Below, in pieces: positions 39,806 to 49,125 of a stretch of 64,000 nucleotides of DNA (its first letter is position 1; each line of letters begins with the position of its first letter). Made by a program: the position numbers and the translations under genes. The notes beneath the pieces are model-generated. The model had not been told where the DNA came from, made no database searches, and saw nothing but the letters and a program-made list of their open reading frames with translations. Origin of the DNA: Betaproteobacteria bacterium Ga0077526 (GTDB lineage: Bacteria; Pseudomonadota; Gammaproteobacteria; Burkholderiales; Ga0077523); NCBI GenBank assembly GCA_001464765.1, contig LNDV01000025.1, positions 247,679 to 311,678 of the forward strand. The letters run 5' to 3'.

Positions 39806-40925
39806 GCGGACCGTAACACTTGCATAGGAAGTATCATCGTGTCCATGGAGGGCGCGATGAGACTGAAACTTACCAAGACCTAACTGGTGGAACTGCAGCG
39901 GCAAGCGAATGCGAGGAACGGTCGAGCTGATTCGGCGCGCCACGCGCGCCTGATTCTGCTGCTGTCCGAGGGACTGACCTGGGCCGAGATTCGCGCGAAG
40001 CTCGATTGCAGTGACAGCTACATCGATCGTTGGAGCAAGCGATTTGCGACAGACCGACTCGCCGGACTGTTCGCCCGTCACGCTGGACGCGAGCGCTACA
40101 AGGTGACCGATGGAATCGAAGCGCGCGTTCTGGCCTGGACGACGAAGCGCAAGCCAGCCGATGGCTCGACGCACTGGTCCTCGCGCAAGCTTGCGACTGA
40201 ACTCGGCGGCGGCATCTCGCACATGACGGTAGCGCGCATCTGGGCCAAGCACGGGCTCAAGCCGCATCGGCTCGAAGGCTACATCGCCTCGAATGATCCG
40301 GACTTCGAGACCAAGGCGGCCGACGTCATCGGGCTCTATCTCAATCCGCCGCAGCACGCAGCGGTGTTCTGTGTCGATGAGAAGACGGCGATACAGGCGC
40401 TCGATCGCAAGGACCCGGTGCTGCCGCTGTCGCCGGGGCGCGCCGAGCGGCATGGGTTCGAGTATTTCCGTCACGGCACGCTGTCGCTGTACGCAGCCTT
40501 CAACACCAAGACGGGAGAGGTGTTGGGCAAGCCCGCCGAGCGACATACCTCGGCCGAGTTCGTCGCCTTCCTCACCGATCTGGTGGCCAACCAGCCCGCG
40601 AACAAAGAGATCCACGTGATCGCTGACAACCTCTCGGCGCACAAGACGAAGCGGGTCGAGGAATTCCTGGCCGAGAACAAGAATGTTCATTTGCACTTCA
40701 CCCCTACGTACTCGTCGTGGCTCAACCAGGTCGAACTGTGGTTCGCCAAGATCGAGCGCGACGTCATCGCCCGCGGAGTGTTCACCTCCGTGTCCGATCT
40801 GAAGAGGAAACTCATGCGATACATCCGCCAGTACAACAAGCAGGCCAAGCCCATGAAGTGGAAGTACTTCGATGCATCGCGCAGAATCACTCCCGATTCA
40901 ATCGTTACAGTCCACTAGCGTCAGA
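39806..40925 (+). mobile_element. IS630-family insertion sequence (~1.1 kb) with imperfect terminal inverted repeats
   Basis: Left end CTAGCGGACCGTAAC, right end reverse-complemented CTAGTGGACTGTAAC (13 of 15 match). A single transposase ORF between them. The boundaries are approximate. Confidence 0.7.
39857..40918 (+). CDS. IS630-family DDE transposase, interrupted by an in-frame TAA after codon 8 (ATG 39857 ... TAA 39881-39883; GTG restart at 39887)
   Basis: MRLKLTKT*LVELQRQANARNGRADSARHARLILLLSEGLTWAEIRAKL... is the IS630 N-terminal HTH. The DDE core with D...D...E spacing is present in the C-terminal half. It may be a pseudogene or may depend on the downstream GTG. Confidence 0.65.
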
Positions 40926-41452
40926 GCGCGCCCCCCCTGAACGAAAACGCCACGGCCTCGCCATATCTGGTGGGAACGCCACCCACCACTGCCGTCACTG
41001 CCAGAAAAAGCCCGATACCTGTGACATCCGTCACAGCTGTTGTCGAGTTCCACGTGATAGCTTCCGCAACAGCATCGCGCTTGCCTCGCCATGCCGGCGC
41101 GGCAGTACGTGGTCGGACGGCTAGCTTGATCGCGAACGCACGCCGTGGACTGCGCCCCAACTGACGATGAAGTTCCTGCACCTCACGGTGAGCTTCCAGG
41201 TAGCACCCGAGGGACAGAACATCTCAGAGGCTTGGGGGCTGGCAGCAGCCGCAATTCTTCCGGCCGCGCCTTGAAGGTGCGCTGGCGGGGCGCAGTTTCG
41301 AATGTCCAGCGCGATGCCGGGCAGTCCCGCCCGTCAGAGAGCTTCGGTGCAGTGTGCGTAGCGTCCGCCCCGCATAGGAATCTGTCGGGACCGCGCCGTC
41401 ACGACTGGAGTATGGAACGACGTGAGGACGCCATGGAGAGACGCGCCAACGA

Positions 41453-43864
41453 ATGCCCTGGCGACTATGGACGGAGACGACATTGAGAGACTCGCGCAGA
41501 AACTCCCTACGACTGAGCATCACAGCAGGATTCATCACCATCATTGTGACGGGCTCGAGCTACGGCAACGACAATCGATGGTTCGGAGGTATAGGAACGT
41601 GGGAAACCGGCGCCAATTGGAGTCTGCTTCGCCCTCCGACGGAATCCGACCGCGCCGTCGTCAACATCGGCACCAGCCAGTTCTCGACACCGATCACGGT
41701 GGGTGGGTTTCGCCTGGGAAGTGCCAGCCTGTCAGGCACCGAAGACTTCGTTGTTGCCGGGGATGCCACCTGGGCCGGAGGCACCATGGGTGGCACAGCG
41801 CACTACACGTTCAGAGGAAACACGACCATCTCGACGAACGTGTCGAAGTGGCTCGGCGACCAAGCCGTATTGTCTCTCGCAGGCAATACAACCTGGGCCC
41901 GAAACACGATTGTCGACGGCAACACGATCAACCTTGTCGGGACCGTACTCAACAACAATGCGGTTTTCTCCGATCAGAACACGTTCGACACCTCGATATC
42001 CGGTGCGCTCTTCAGCAACGCGTTCAACAACAACGGAACGTACCGCAAGAGCGGCGGCAGCACCACGTGGATTTCGGCGGCGTTCAACAATACCGGGTCG
42101 GTCTTGATCGAGCGTGGGATCTTGCGGCTAAGCGACGGGACTTCCTCCGGCGGTAGGTTTTCCGTCGCCAACGGGGCGGTGCTCAGACTAACAGGCCCCT
42201 ATTCGCTCAACGGAGCCGGGATCGAGGGTCCCGGACTTGTCGAAATCGCCGGCATTCTGGTCAGGATGAGCGATAGCACGATCTCCGCGCCGGTCCAGAT
42301 GACTCCCGGCAGCGTTCTCACTGGTAGTGGCGCAACCTTCAGCCATTCCCTAACCTGGTCGGGCGGTCTGATTTCGGGATTCGGCACATTTCGGTCGGAG
42401 GGAGGCACACGAATCACCGGAGACGAGGCCAAGTATCTGGACGGGCGTGTCACGGTTTTCCTCGCAGGCGACACCACATGGGATGGAAACACTGGAGATA
42501 CCGGCAACGAAATCGTTTTCAATGGCGGCACGTTCAAGAATCAGGCAACGTTCACCGACTCGAATTCGTTCAGCTCTTCGATCAGGGGAACTGCGGGAGA
42601 CAGCACTTTCGAGAACTCGGGCACATACCGCAAGACTGGGCCCAGGACCACGGCGATCCAGATCGGCTTCGAGAATTCCGGGGTTGTCGATATCGTCGCC
42701 GGCTCGCTTTCGCTGCGAAACGCCCGCGGGTCAGGCACCTTCAACGTCAACGCGGATGCCCAACTCCTTCTGGGGTCGAGTCGTCTCGGGAACGCAGCAT
42801 TTCGAGGGGACGGCATCGTCGAGTTAAGTGGATCTCAACTCCTTAACGGCACCTCCTTTTTCACACCCGTGACAGTCTCCGGAAGCACCACGATCCTCGG
42901 CACGGGCGCCACTTTCCAGGGCCCCGTGAACTGGACGGGAGGCTCATTCGCGGACGCCGGGACCTACCGCTGGCAAGGTACCAACCGACTCTCGGCGTTT
43001 ATGTTTCTGAGTGGAGGAGCCACGCTGATCTTGGACGGGAATACCGCGTGGACGACGGATCCCGTAACTTCGAGTCGCAATATCGTCTTCGTTGATGGGA
43101 CGCTCATCAACCGAGCCACATTAACGGACGACGAGGCATCGGATACCAGCATGCTGGATCGCGGCGGTTCGAATGTCTTCAATAACCGGGGCCTCTACAG
43201 AAAAGCAGGGACCGGGACAACAACGATTCAAGTCAACCTCGTCAATTCGGGACAAATGGACTTGAGCGCGGGAACACTGTCTTTATCGTCCGCGTTCGAC
43301 AACGCCGGGCTTATCTCCATAGGAGAAGGCGCTGTGTTGGCATCGACGCGTGGAGGCGTCTCGAATGCGACAACCGGAGTTGTCTCTGGGGCCGGAACCA
43401 TAGTGCTTTCGGGGGGCTCGTTTCGCAACGACGGCCGACTTGCACCGGGAGGTGTCATGACGGCAGGACAACTTGCCATCGACGGAAATCTGGTGATGGG
43501 CGCCGAAAGCGTCCTCGAGATAGGCGTCACCGATGTTCTGTATTTCGATACGCTGGCGGTGTCCGGAAGCGTCCTCCTGAACGGACGGCTCGTGTTGCGC
43601 GGGTTGACAGACTTCATTCCCGGTCTGGGCGACAGCTTCCGTGTTCTGACAAGCAATGGTGGCCAAATCGAAGGCGGAGCCTTCTCCGCCATCTCGTGGG
43701 AGGGCCTGCAGGGCATTCGCTTTGACGCGACTTACAACGCCCATGACGTCACACTAAACGTTGTAGCGATCCCCGAGCCGTCCACTCAGTTCTTGATGCT
43801 GGCCGGCACCTTCATGGTAGGAGGCCTGGCCTTGAGACGAAAGCGCAGGCTAGACGCTCGCTAA
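41453..43864 (+). CDS. Large PEP-CTERM protein with beta-helix-like repeats (803 aa)
   Basis: Repetitive G/T/N/S-rich modules (...NNNGTYRKSGGSTTWISAAFNNTGSV..., ...NSGTYRKTGPRTTAIQIGFENSGVV...) and C-terminal VAIPEPSTQFLMLAGTFMVGGLALRRKRR, the PEP-CTERM anchor. Confidence 0.8.
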   Translation: MPWRLWTETTLRDSRRNSLRLSITAGFITIIVTGSSYGNDNRWFGGIGTWETGANWSLLRPPTESDRAVVNIGTSQFSTPITVGGFRLGSASLSGTEDFVVAGDATWAGGTMGGTAHYTFRGNTTISTNVSKWLGDQAVLSLAGNTTWARNTIVDGNTINLVGTVLNNNAVFSDQNTFDTSISGALFSNAFNNNGTYRKSGGSTTWISAAFNNTGSVLIERGILRLSDGTSSGGRFSVANGAVLRLTGPYSLNGAGIEGPGLVEIAGILVRMSDSTISAPVQMTPGSVLTGSGATFSHSLTWSGGLISGFGTFRSEGGTRITGDEAKYLDGRVTVFLAGDTTWDGNTGDTGNEIVFNGGTFKNQATFTDSNSFSSSIRGTAGDSTFENSGTYRKTGPRTTAIQIGFENSGVVDIVAGSLSLRNARGSGTFNVNADAQLLLGSSRLGNAAFRGDGIVELSGSQLLNGTSFFTPVTVSGSTTILGTGATFQGPVNWTGGSFADAGTYRWQGTNRLSAFMFLSGGATLILDGNTAWTTDPVTSSRNIVFVDGTLINRATLTDDEASDTSMLDRGGSNVFNNRGLYRKAGTGTTTIQVNLVNSGQMDLSAGTLSLSSAFDNAGLISIGEGAVLASTRGGVSNATTGVVSGAGTIVLSGGSFRNDGRLAPGGVMTAGQLAIDGNLVMGAESVLEIGVTDVLYFDTLAVSGSVLLNGRLVLRGLTDFIPGLGDSFRVLTSNGGQIEGGAFSAISWEGLQGIRFDATYNAHDVTLNVVAIPEPSTQFLMLAGTFMVGGLALRRKRRLDAR

Positions 43865-43904
43865 GGATCCACCGGGGGCTGCACCCGCTCGGCTGGCTGG
43901 GACA

Positions 43905-44102
43905 GGTCGACCCAAGCGCACCGCGTCGTGGGACGCCGCCCCAGGCGGCGGTCCCGCGCCATCGGACGCAGGATGGACGGATCGCCATAAGACGAGACGG
44001 ACACAATCCCCTTGGGGACGCCAACGAACAAAGCCACCTTCCGGGTGGCTTTTTTCGTTAGTGCTCCCCGAGGGGATGCAGAACCCCGACAAGGGGTCGA
44101 CC
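43905..44102. repeat. Locus 2 of the structured repeat family: partial unit, tRNA-Glu 3'-end mimic, terminator-like hairpin, and the head of another unit
   Basis: ...CACCGCGTCGTGGGACGCCGCCCCAGGCGGCGGTCCCGCGCCATCGGACGCAGGATGGACGGATCGCCATAAGACGAGACGGACACAATCCCCTTGGGGACGCCAACGAACAAAGCCACCTTCCGGGTGGCTTTTTTCGTTAGTGCTCCCCGAGGGGATGCAGAACCCCGACAAGGGGTCGACC. Confidence 0.8.
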
Positions 44103-44265
44103 CGCCTGCCGTTTCGAGTATCAACGGCTCTTGGAGAGTCGCGTCCTGGATGGATGAGACTCGACGCCGCAGTTTAAACGGCTCAGGGGGCAAGCACTCC
44201 AAGTGAGCGCGCCGATCCGCCCAAATGAGCCCCCGCCGCTAGAAAGCGCGGCAGGGGGCTCACCC

Positions 44266-45402
44266 TCAACGCAACGTCACCAACCCGTTCAACACCTGGT
44301 CCAGACCGCCGAACACCGAGATCTTGTCGATGCGCTCGGCAATGCGTTCCAGAGTCTCGAGTTCCTTCATCCGCAGCGCCACCGGACTGCCTTCCATCAC
44401 CTTGGCCGTGTTCAGCAACGACCGGGTGGCTGCCGTCTCTTCGCGTCGCCGAATCGCGTTGGCCTCGGCTGCTTTCTCGGCCTCGACGACCTGTGCCAGG
44501 ATCGTTCTCATCTCTCCCGGCAGGACAATGTCCTTCACCCCGACGCCATCCACCTCGATCCCGTGGGGCTCGAGCCTGGACCGCACGTGGGCCGACACCA
44601 CGTCATCGATCACCGACTTGTTCTCCAGCAACTCGTCGAGGGTGCGCGTACCGACCGCCGAACGCAGACCGAACTGGCACTCCCGGTACAGAATGTCCGC
44701 CGGCTTGGCCAGTTGCTTGAAGGCCTTCAGAACGTCCTGAAAACGCCAGGTGGCCGACAGGTTCAGACGCAGACTCACCTTGTCCCGGGTAAGAATCTCC
44801 TGGCCGGTGATCTCCAGCACCTGGAGACGCATCTCCACGACGGCGACCGCCACGTCCCGGTTGAACTTCCAGAACGCGTACGTGCCCGGGGCCAGCATCC
44901 GATCGATCACACCATCGATCCACAAGACACCGGCGCCGTGTTCCGGCACCTGCACCTGATGCACGCCCGCCAGACCGGCAACCGGGCGCACACGAGCGGG
45001 CGACTGCAGCAGCCGCGAGGTCAGTGCAGCCGGCACTTCAGCCGACTCAGCGATGTCGATCACCTCGACGCCCACATCCACCTGCCCTTTCCAGTACAAG
45101 CCCCGGGTACTCGGGGCGAGCACTTCGACCAGCACGCCGTTCTCGGTGCGCAACCCGACCTGAGTCTCGGAGAGTTCGACTCGTACGAACTCCTCGGCGA
45201 CCAGCGCCGGCTCCTTCGCCATGAAGTAGTCTGCAAGCGGATGGACGAACGCGGGGCGCTCCAGGGCAAAGGTCTCCACGGCCCAGGTGTCGATGCCGTT
45301 GAACACCCAGTGCTTGCCGGGTCTCAGCAGGCGGTCGAAGTCGCCGTTGCGAAACAGCAACGCGCGTTCGTTCTTCTTCACAGTGATACGTTGAATCTTC
45401 AT
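44266..45402 (-). CDS. SPFH/band 7 domain protein (stomatin/flotillin-like)
   Basis: 378 aa with a central SPFH domain and a C-terminal coiled-coil rich in E/A/R (VVEAEKAAEANAIRRREETAATR). Confidence 0.8.
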   Translation of the reverse strand: MKIQRITVKKNERALLFRNGDFDRLLRPGKHWVFNGIDTWAVETFALERPAFVHPLADYFMAKEPALVAEEFVRVELSETQVGLRTENGVLVEVLAPSTRGLYWKGQVDVGVEVIDIAESAEVPAALTSRLLQSPARVRPVAGLAGVHQVQVPEHGAGVLWIDGVIDRMLAPGTYAFWKFNRDVAVAVVEMRLQVLEITGQEILTRDKVSLRLNLSATWRFQDVLKAFKQLAKPADILYRECQFGLRSAVGTRTLDELLENKSVIDDVVSAHVRSRLEPHGIEVDGVGVKDIVLPGEMRTILAQVVEAEKAAEANAIRRREETAATRSLLNTAKVMEGSPVALRMKELETLERIAERIDKISVFGGLDQVLNGLVTLR

Positions 45403-45681
45403 GGGACTCTCCTTGTCCTCTTGGGTACTGATGAATGGGTGCCGTTACAGCGAAGGCGGCGGACACCGAGTGCCGTGAACCGGGCCAACCGGAGAACCTG
45501 GGCAGCCTCCCCTGAGAAGGCCACTTCGGCTGTCTGACGGCGCAATTCGGGCGAGCCCATTGCCTGGCCACCTCCACTGACGGGGATGGGATTCCCACGA
45601 GCCGGCACAGCCACGAGGCTGTTCCAGCGCCGCAATCGGCCCATCACCCGCGTTCGGCGGGGTACTTCCAATCGCACTGTA

Positions 45682-45750
45682 TGGAGCGGGACTCGAACCC
45701 GCGACTCGCGACGGTTTAGATCGCTGCTCTACCTGACTGAGCTATCCGCA
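45682..45750 (-). pseudogene. tRNA-like sequence (a): canonical D-arm and T-arm, aberrant anticodon loop, unpaired acceptor stem
   Basis: Minus strand: CTGCGGA-TA-GCTC-AGTCAGGTA-GAGC-A-GCGAT-CTAAACC-GTCGC-GAGTC-GCGGG-TTCGAGT-CCCGC-TCCA.... The 3' acceptor strand does not pair with the 5' strand, and the anticodon reads AAA. Confidence 0.45.
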
Positions 45751-45754
45751 GTAA

Positions 45755-45807
45755 GGGTCACCCGGGACTCGAACCCGGCACCTTTCAGTGCAACCGTTGA
45801 TGACCCC
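45755..45807 (-). pseudogene. tRNA-like fragment (b): T-arm plus a pairing acceptor stem only (~53 nt)
   Basis: GGGTCAT...CCGGG-TTCGAGT-CCCGG-GTGACCC-T. The D-arm or anticodon arm is missing. Confidence 0.4.
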
Positions 45808-45999
45808 CTATCCGCTGCATCCGGCGACGCGACATATGCGGCCACGACGGACATTGCCGGTTGCCGCACATCGGCGGGGCGGGCGTTAACCCGAACCCCT
45901 GACCTGTGAGCGTTCGCCCTCAACAGCAGATTCTTCTATCCCCGAGCATCGCTGCTCGGTAGAAATTCTTTCGGCATGCCCGCGCTCCCGCATCGAGGG

Positions 46000-46071
46000 C
46001 ACGCCCGGGTGGACTCGAACCACCGACCTCGACCTTCGGAGAGTCGCGCTCTTCCTCTGAGCTACGGACGT
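46000..46071 (-). tRNA. tRNA-Arg (anticodon CCG)-like; structurally complete with A1-U72 and G73, no encoded CCA
   Basis: ACGTCCG-TA-GCTC-AGAGGAA-GAGC-G-CGACT-CTCCGAA-GGTCG-AGGTC-GGTGG-TTCGAGT-CCACC-CGGGCGT-G. All stems pair, with one U-G. It sits inside the island next to the decayed copies. Confidence 0.55.
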
Positions 46072-46164
46072 GTCGTCGGGCCTTGGGCCCCCGCCAGGCG
46101 CTCCCCGACAGCGCCGCGACGCCCACACTGTCTCGGCTCCGCGCGGAACGTCGTCTGCGGGTTG

Positions 46165-46234
46165 TGCCCCGTGCACGATTCGAACGTGCGACCTCCGGAT
46201 TCGTAATCCGGCGCTCTCGCTCCGCTGAGCTATC
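46165..46234 (-). pseudogene. tRNA-Arg (anticodon ACG)-like sequence (d) lacking a pairing 5' acceptor strand
   Basis: ...TA-GCTC-AGCGGAGCGA-GAGC-G-CCGGA-TTACGAA-TCCGG-AGGTC-GCACG-TTCGAAT-CGTGC-ACGGGGC-A. The 7 nt upstream (TTACTGA) cannot pair with ACGGGGC. Confidence 0.45.
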
Positions 46235-47257
46235 AGTAACGGTCGCGGCGCGCCTGGACACACCCGAAGGGGAGCGGATGGCTCGCCTCACCAGCACGGC
46301 CGTGGCAACGCCACGTTCTTCGCTCGGTGCGACTCCGCCTCCCATGCAAGGTCGATCCACGGCCAGAGCCGAGACCGCCTTGCGCCAAATTGTCAAAGGA
46401 CGTTCGCCGACGAACGGCGCTGCGATCCCTCGACCGCAGATCTGCGAGGTGGCGCGGACCAAACAGGGTGAAACGAAAAACAAAAAGCCCGGATCCTTGC
46501 GGATTCCGGGCCTCTGCGAGCAGAGCGTGGACGGTGCGCGCTAGGCGCTACCCTCCCCCGGAAAAGTCGAAATCCCTCGCCGTTGCCATGTCGGAAAATG
46601 CCCCACAACAGCCGGCACCGACACCACGCGCCATCCCTTCGGGCATGGCATCCCGACACCGCGCATGCGCGCACACGGACCGATGCTCGGTCGGAATGCG
46701 GCAGGGGTCGGGCGGAATACGTCGTTTGCGTTCATGGGAGCGACAGCGCCTAGGCGCCAGCGTGGGTCAGCGATGGCGAGAAATGTAAATACTATTTACT
46801 TTCCCGTCAACCCCTTTGTCGAATCTGCGCGAAATGCGGGGCGGCGCACGCCGATCGCGTTCGTGGCGATCGAGGGCGAAGCCCGCGTGTCCCTTCCGCG
46901 GACGCCGAAATCCCGAGGCGTTGGTTGATCCCCCCGATCGCCTGACCTGCTCCCCGCCCGCAGACTGGCGCGACGTCGGGTCATCGTGAAGAGAAGCGAC
47001 GCAACCAACCACGCCGCACGTCACCGGAGCGTCTTGCACTGGTCTGCATTCGGGGCGCTCCCAGGCATGCAGATGCGGCCGGCCGGACAGTTTTCAGCAG
47101 GCGATCTCCGACACTTCGCCGAAAAATCTCGTATCTGACTGACCGGGCCCGAACGGTCTTCGAGAGCGGCCTGATTGTTGGCCGTCGAGGGGTCCGCGTT
47201 GTCGCGGAATTCCCCGCTGGCCCAGGCTGATCGCGCTATTGAGTCGAATACAAACCC

Positions 47258-47830
47258 ATGAAAACCTACGATATCCACGAAGCTGCCGAATTCCTGAAAA
47301 TCGATCGCACGACCGCCCTGGAACTCGCCGGATCTAGTGAACTTCCCGGGGCAAAGGTGGGACGTTCCTGGGTCTTCCTGGAGTCGGATCTGATCGAGTA
47401 CCTCCGCGATCGGGTCCGCCAGCAAACCAACGAGCGTCGGGCGCTGGTTCGAACCCAGGCCCTGGCGATCCCAGGCCACCCCGCGGAGGGCCCACCGCGA
47501 CGACGGCGTCGCCGCCCGCCGCCTTCGCTGGACGATGTCACCGTCCCGGCCAGCCCGCCCGCCCCCCCCGCCCCCCCCGTTCCTCAAGCACTGGGAATGG
47601 GTGAACAGGGCGCCATTCGCTTCGAGGTCGCTAAGTGGAGTGGGCTGACTCCCGGACTTCGGGCGCGGAGCACGCCGGCGCCAATGAAACGGACCGATGG
47701 CTTCGCATCCGCAATGGCGGAGTTTCCAGGATGTAGTCGCACGTGCCGAGGATCGAGGAGAACCTCAACGGCCGCCCGCCCCTTGAGCAAGACAGCCGAC
47801 CGCCAGAACGCGGAGACCCCGCTCGAATAG
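47258..47830 (+). CDS. Helix-turn-helix DNA-binding protein (excisionase/AlpA-like HTH_17) with a low-complexity Pro/Arg-rich tail
   Basis: MKTYDIHEAAEFLKIDRTTALELAGSSELPGAKVGRSWVFLESDLIEYLRD is the HTH_17/Xis-type motif. The C-terminal 120 aa are low complexity and may be over-extended. Confidence 0.55.
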   Translation: MKTYDIHEAAEFLKIDRTTALELAGSSELPGAKVGRSWVFLESDLIEYLRDRVRQQTNERRALVRTQALAIPGHPAEGPPRRRRRRPPPSLDDVTVPASPPAPPAPPVPQALGMGEQGAIRFEVAKWSGLTPGLRARSTPAPMKRTDGFASAMAEFPGCSRTCRGSRRTSTAARPLSKTADRQNAETPLE

Positions 47831-48042
47831 CAGTCGGTGCAGCGTCGCAACGCTCACGCCGAACTCCTGCGCAAGCGCAGCGTTACCGTATGGCCGAGAC
47901 CGTCAGGGCGGAACGCGCCAAATTCCTTACCTGCTAGCGGGTGCCCCCGTGAGCGCGGATACCGTGACTGGCCGGGGCGGAATGGCGATTATTGCCATTT
48001 CATGCCATTTCTGGCACCGTTACACGATCTAGGAGGTACGCT

Positions 48043-48303
48043 ATGCAAAGCATGAACATCTCGCTGCCTGACCCACTCAAGCAGTTCGTAGACGGCCAGG
48101 TTTCGACGGGGCGCTACAGCAGCGCGAGCGAGTACGTGCGCGAACTCATCCGCGCTGACGAGAAACGCAAGGCCGAAGAGCAACTCGAAGCCAAGCTCCT
48201 AGAAGGTTTGAGCAGCGCTGACAGCGAGCTGACCCCCGCGGACTGGAATGCCATCCGCAAGGAAGCCCTGGCCAAGGTCGAAGCGCGAAAGCAAACGCGC
48301 TGA
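48043..48303 (+). CDS. parD: Type II antitoxin, ParD family (ribbon-helix-helix)
   Basis: AGGAGG SD. Sequence MQSMNISLPDPLKQFVDGQVSTGRYSSASEYVRELIRADEKRKAEE. Confidence 0.85.
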   Translation: MQSMNISLPDPLKQFVDGQVSTGRYSSASEYVRELIRADEKRKAEEQLEAKLLEGLSSADSELTPADWNAIRKEALAKVEARKQTR

Positions 48304-48308
48304 AGCCG

Positions 48309-48626
48309 ATGGTCCGCAAGCGCGAGGGGGCGCGGCGCGACCTGGTCGAGCACTTCGTCTATCTGGCGGAGAACGCCGGGCTCGACGTGGCCGAACGCTT
48401 CCTGAGCAACGCCGAAGCCACCTTCGGCGACCTTGCGCAGCAGCCCAGGATCGGCGCGCCGCTCAACCTGCAGCGCCCTGAGCTGGTCAACCTCCGCAAG
48501 TGGCGAATAAAGGACTTCGACAATCACCTCGTCTTCTACGAGCCACGCCCGGATGGGGTGTCCATCGTGCGTGTGCTGCACGCGGCCAGCGACTGGTGGG
48601 GCCTACTGGGACTGGCAGACACCTGA
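48309..48626 (+). CDS. parE: Type II toxin, ParE/RelE family
   Basis: 6 nt downstream of the parD stop. Sequence ...RRDLVEHFVYLAENAGLDVAERFLSNAEATFGDLAQQPRIGAP...WRIKDFDNHLVFYEPRPDGVSIVRVLHAASD is the ParE fold signature. Confidence 0.8.
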   Translation: MVRKREGARRDLVEHFVYLAENAGLDVAERFLSNAEATFGDLAQQPRIGAPLNLQRPELVNLRKWRIKDFDNHLVFYEPRPDGVSIVRVLHAASDWWGLLGLADT

Positions 48627-48666
48627 CGCTCCCGTGGCGAATGGCGACAATCGCTGCCCGCTGGCA

Positions 48667-48709
48667 TTTCACGGCGGTAACCGGGGTTCGAATCCCCGTG
48701 GGGACGCCA
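48667..48709 (+). repeat. Direct repeat of the 3' 43 nt of tRNA-Glu(TTC), from the anticodon loop to the 3' end; putative attR of the island
   Basis: TTTCACGGCGGTAACCGGGGTTCGAATCCCCGTGGGGACGCCA is identical to 30203-30245. The 5' half of the tRNA is absent. Confidence 0.8.
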
Positions 48710-49125
48710 ACGAACAAAGCCACCTTCCGGGTGGCTTTGTTCGTTGGTGCTCCCGCAGGGGATGCAGAACCCCGACAAGGAGTCGACCACGACGCACTGC
48801 GTCGTGGGACGCCGCCCCGCGGCGGTCCTGCGCCATCGGGCGCAGGATGGACGGATCGCCATAAGGCGAGACGGACACAATCCCCGTGGGGACGCCAAAA
48901 CACAAAAGCCACCCAATAGGTGGCTTTTTTCGTTGGTGCGCCCCGAGGGGATGCAGAACCCCGACGAGGGGTCGACCACGACGCACCGCGTCGTGGGACG
49001 CCGCCCCGCGGCGGTCCTGCGCCACCGGACGCGGGATGGACGGATCGCCATAAGGCGCAACGGACACAATCCCCGTGGGGGCGCCAGTAAAAACAGCGGC
49101 TTAGGCCGCTGTTTCCATTTCTAGC
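48710..49125. repeat. Locus 3 of the structured repeat family: terminator hairpin plus two full units, each ending in the tRNA-Glu 3' mimic and followed by a hairpin
   Basis: Units at about 48749-48897 and 48939-49085. Hairpins at 48710-48748, 48898-48938 and 49091-49115 (AAACAGCGGCTTAGGCCGCTGTTT). Confidence 0.8.
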
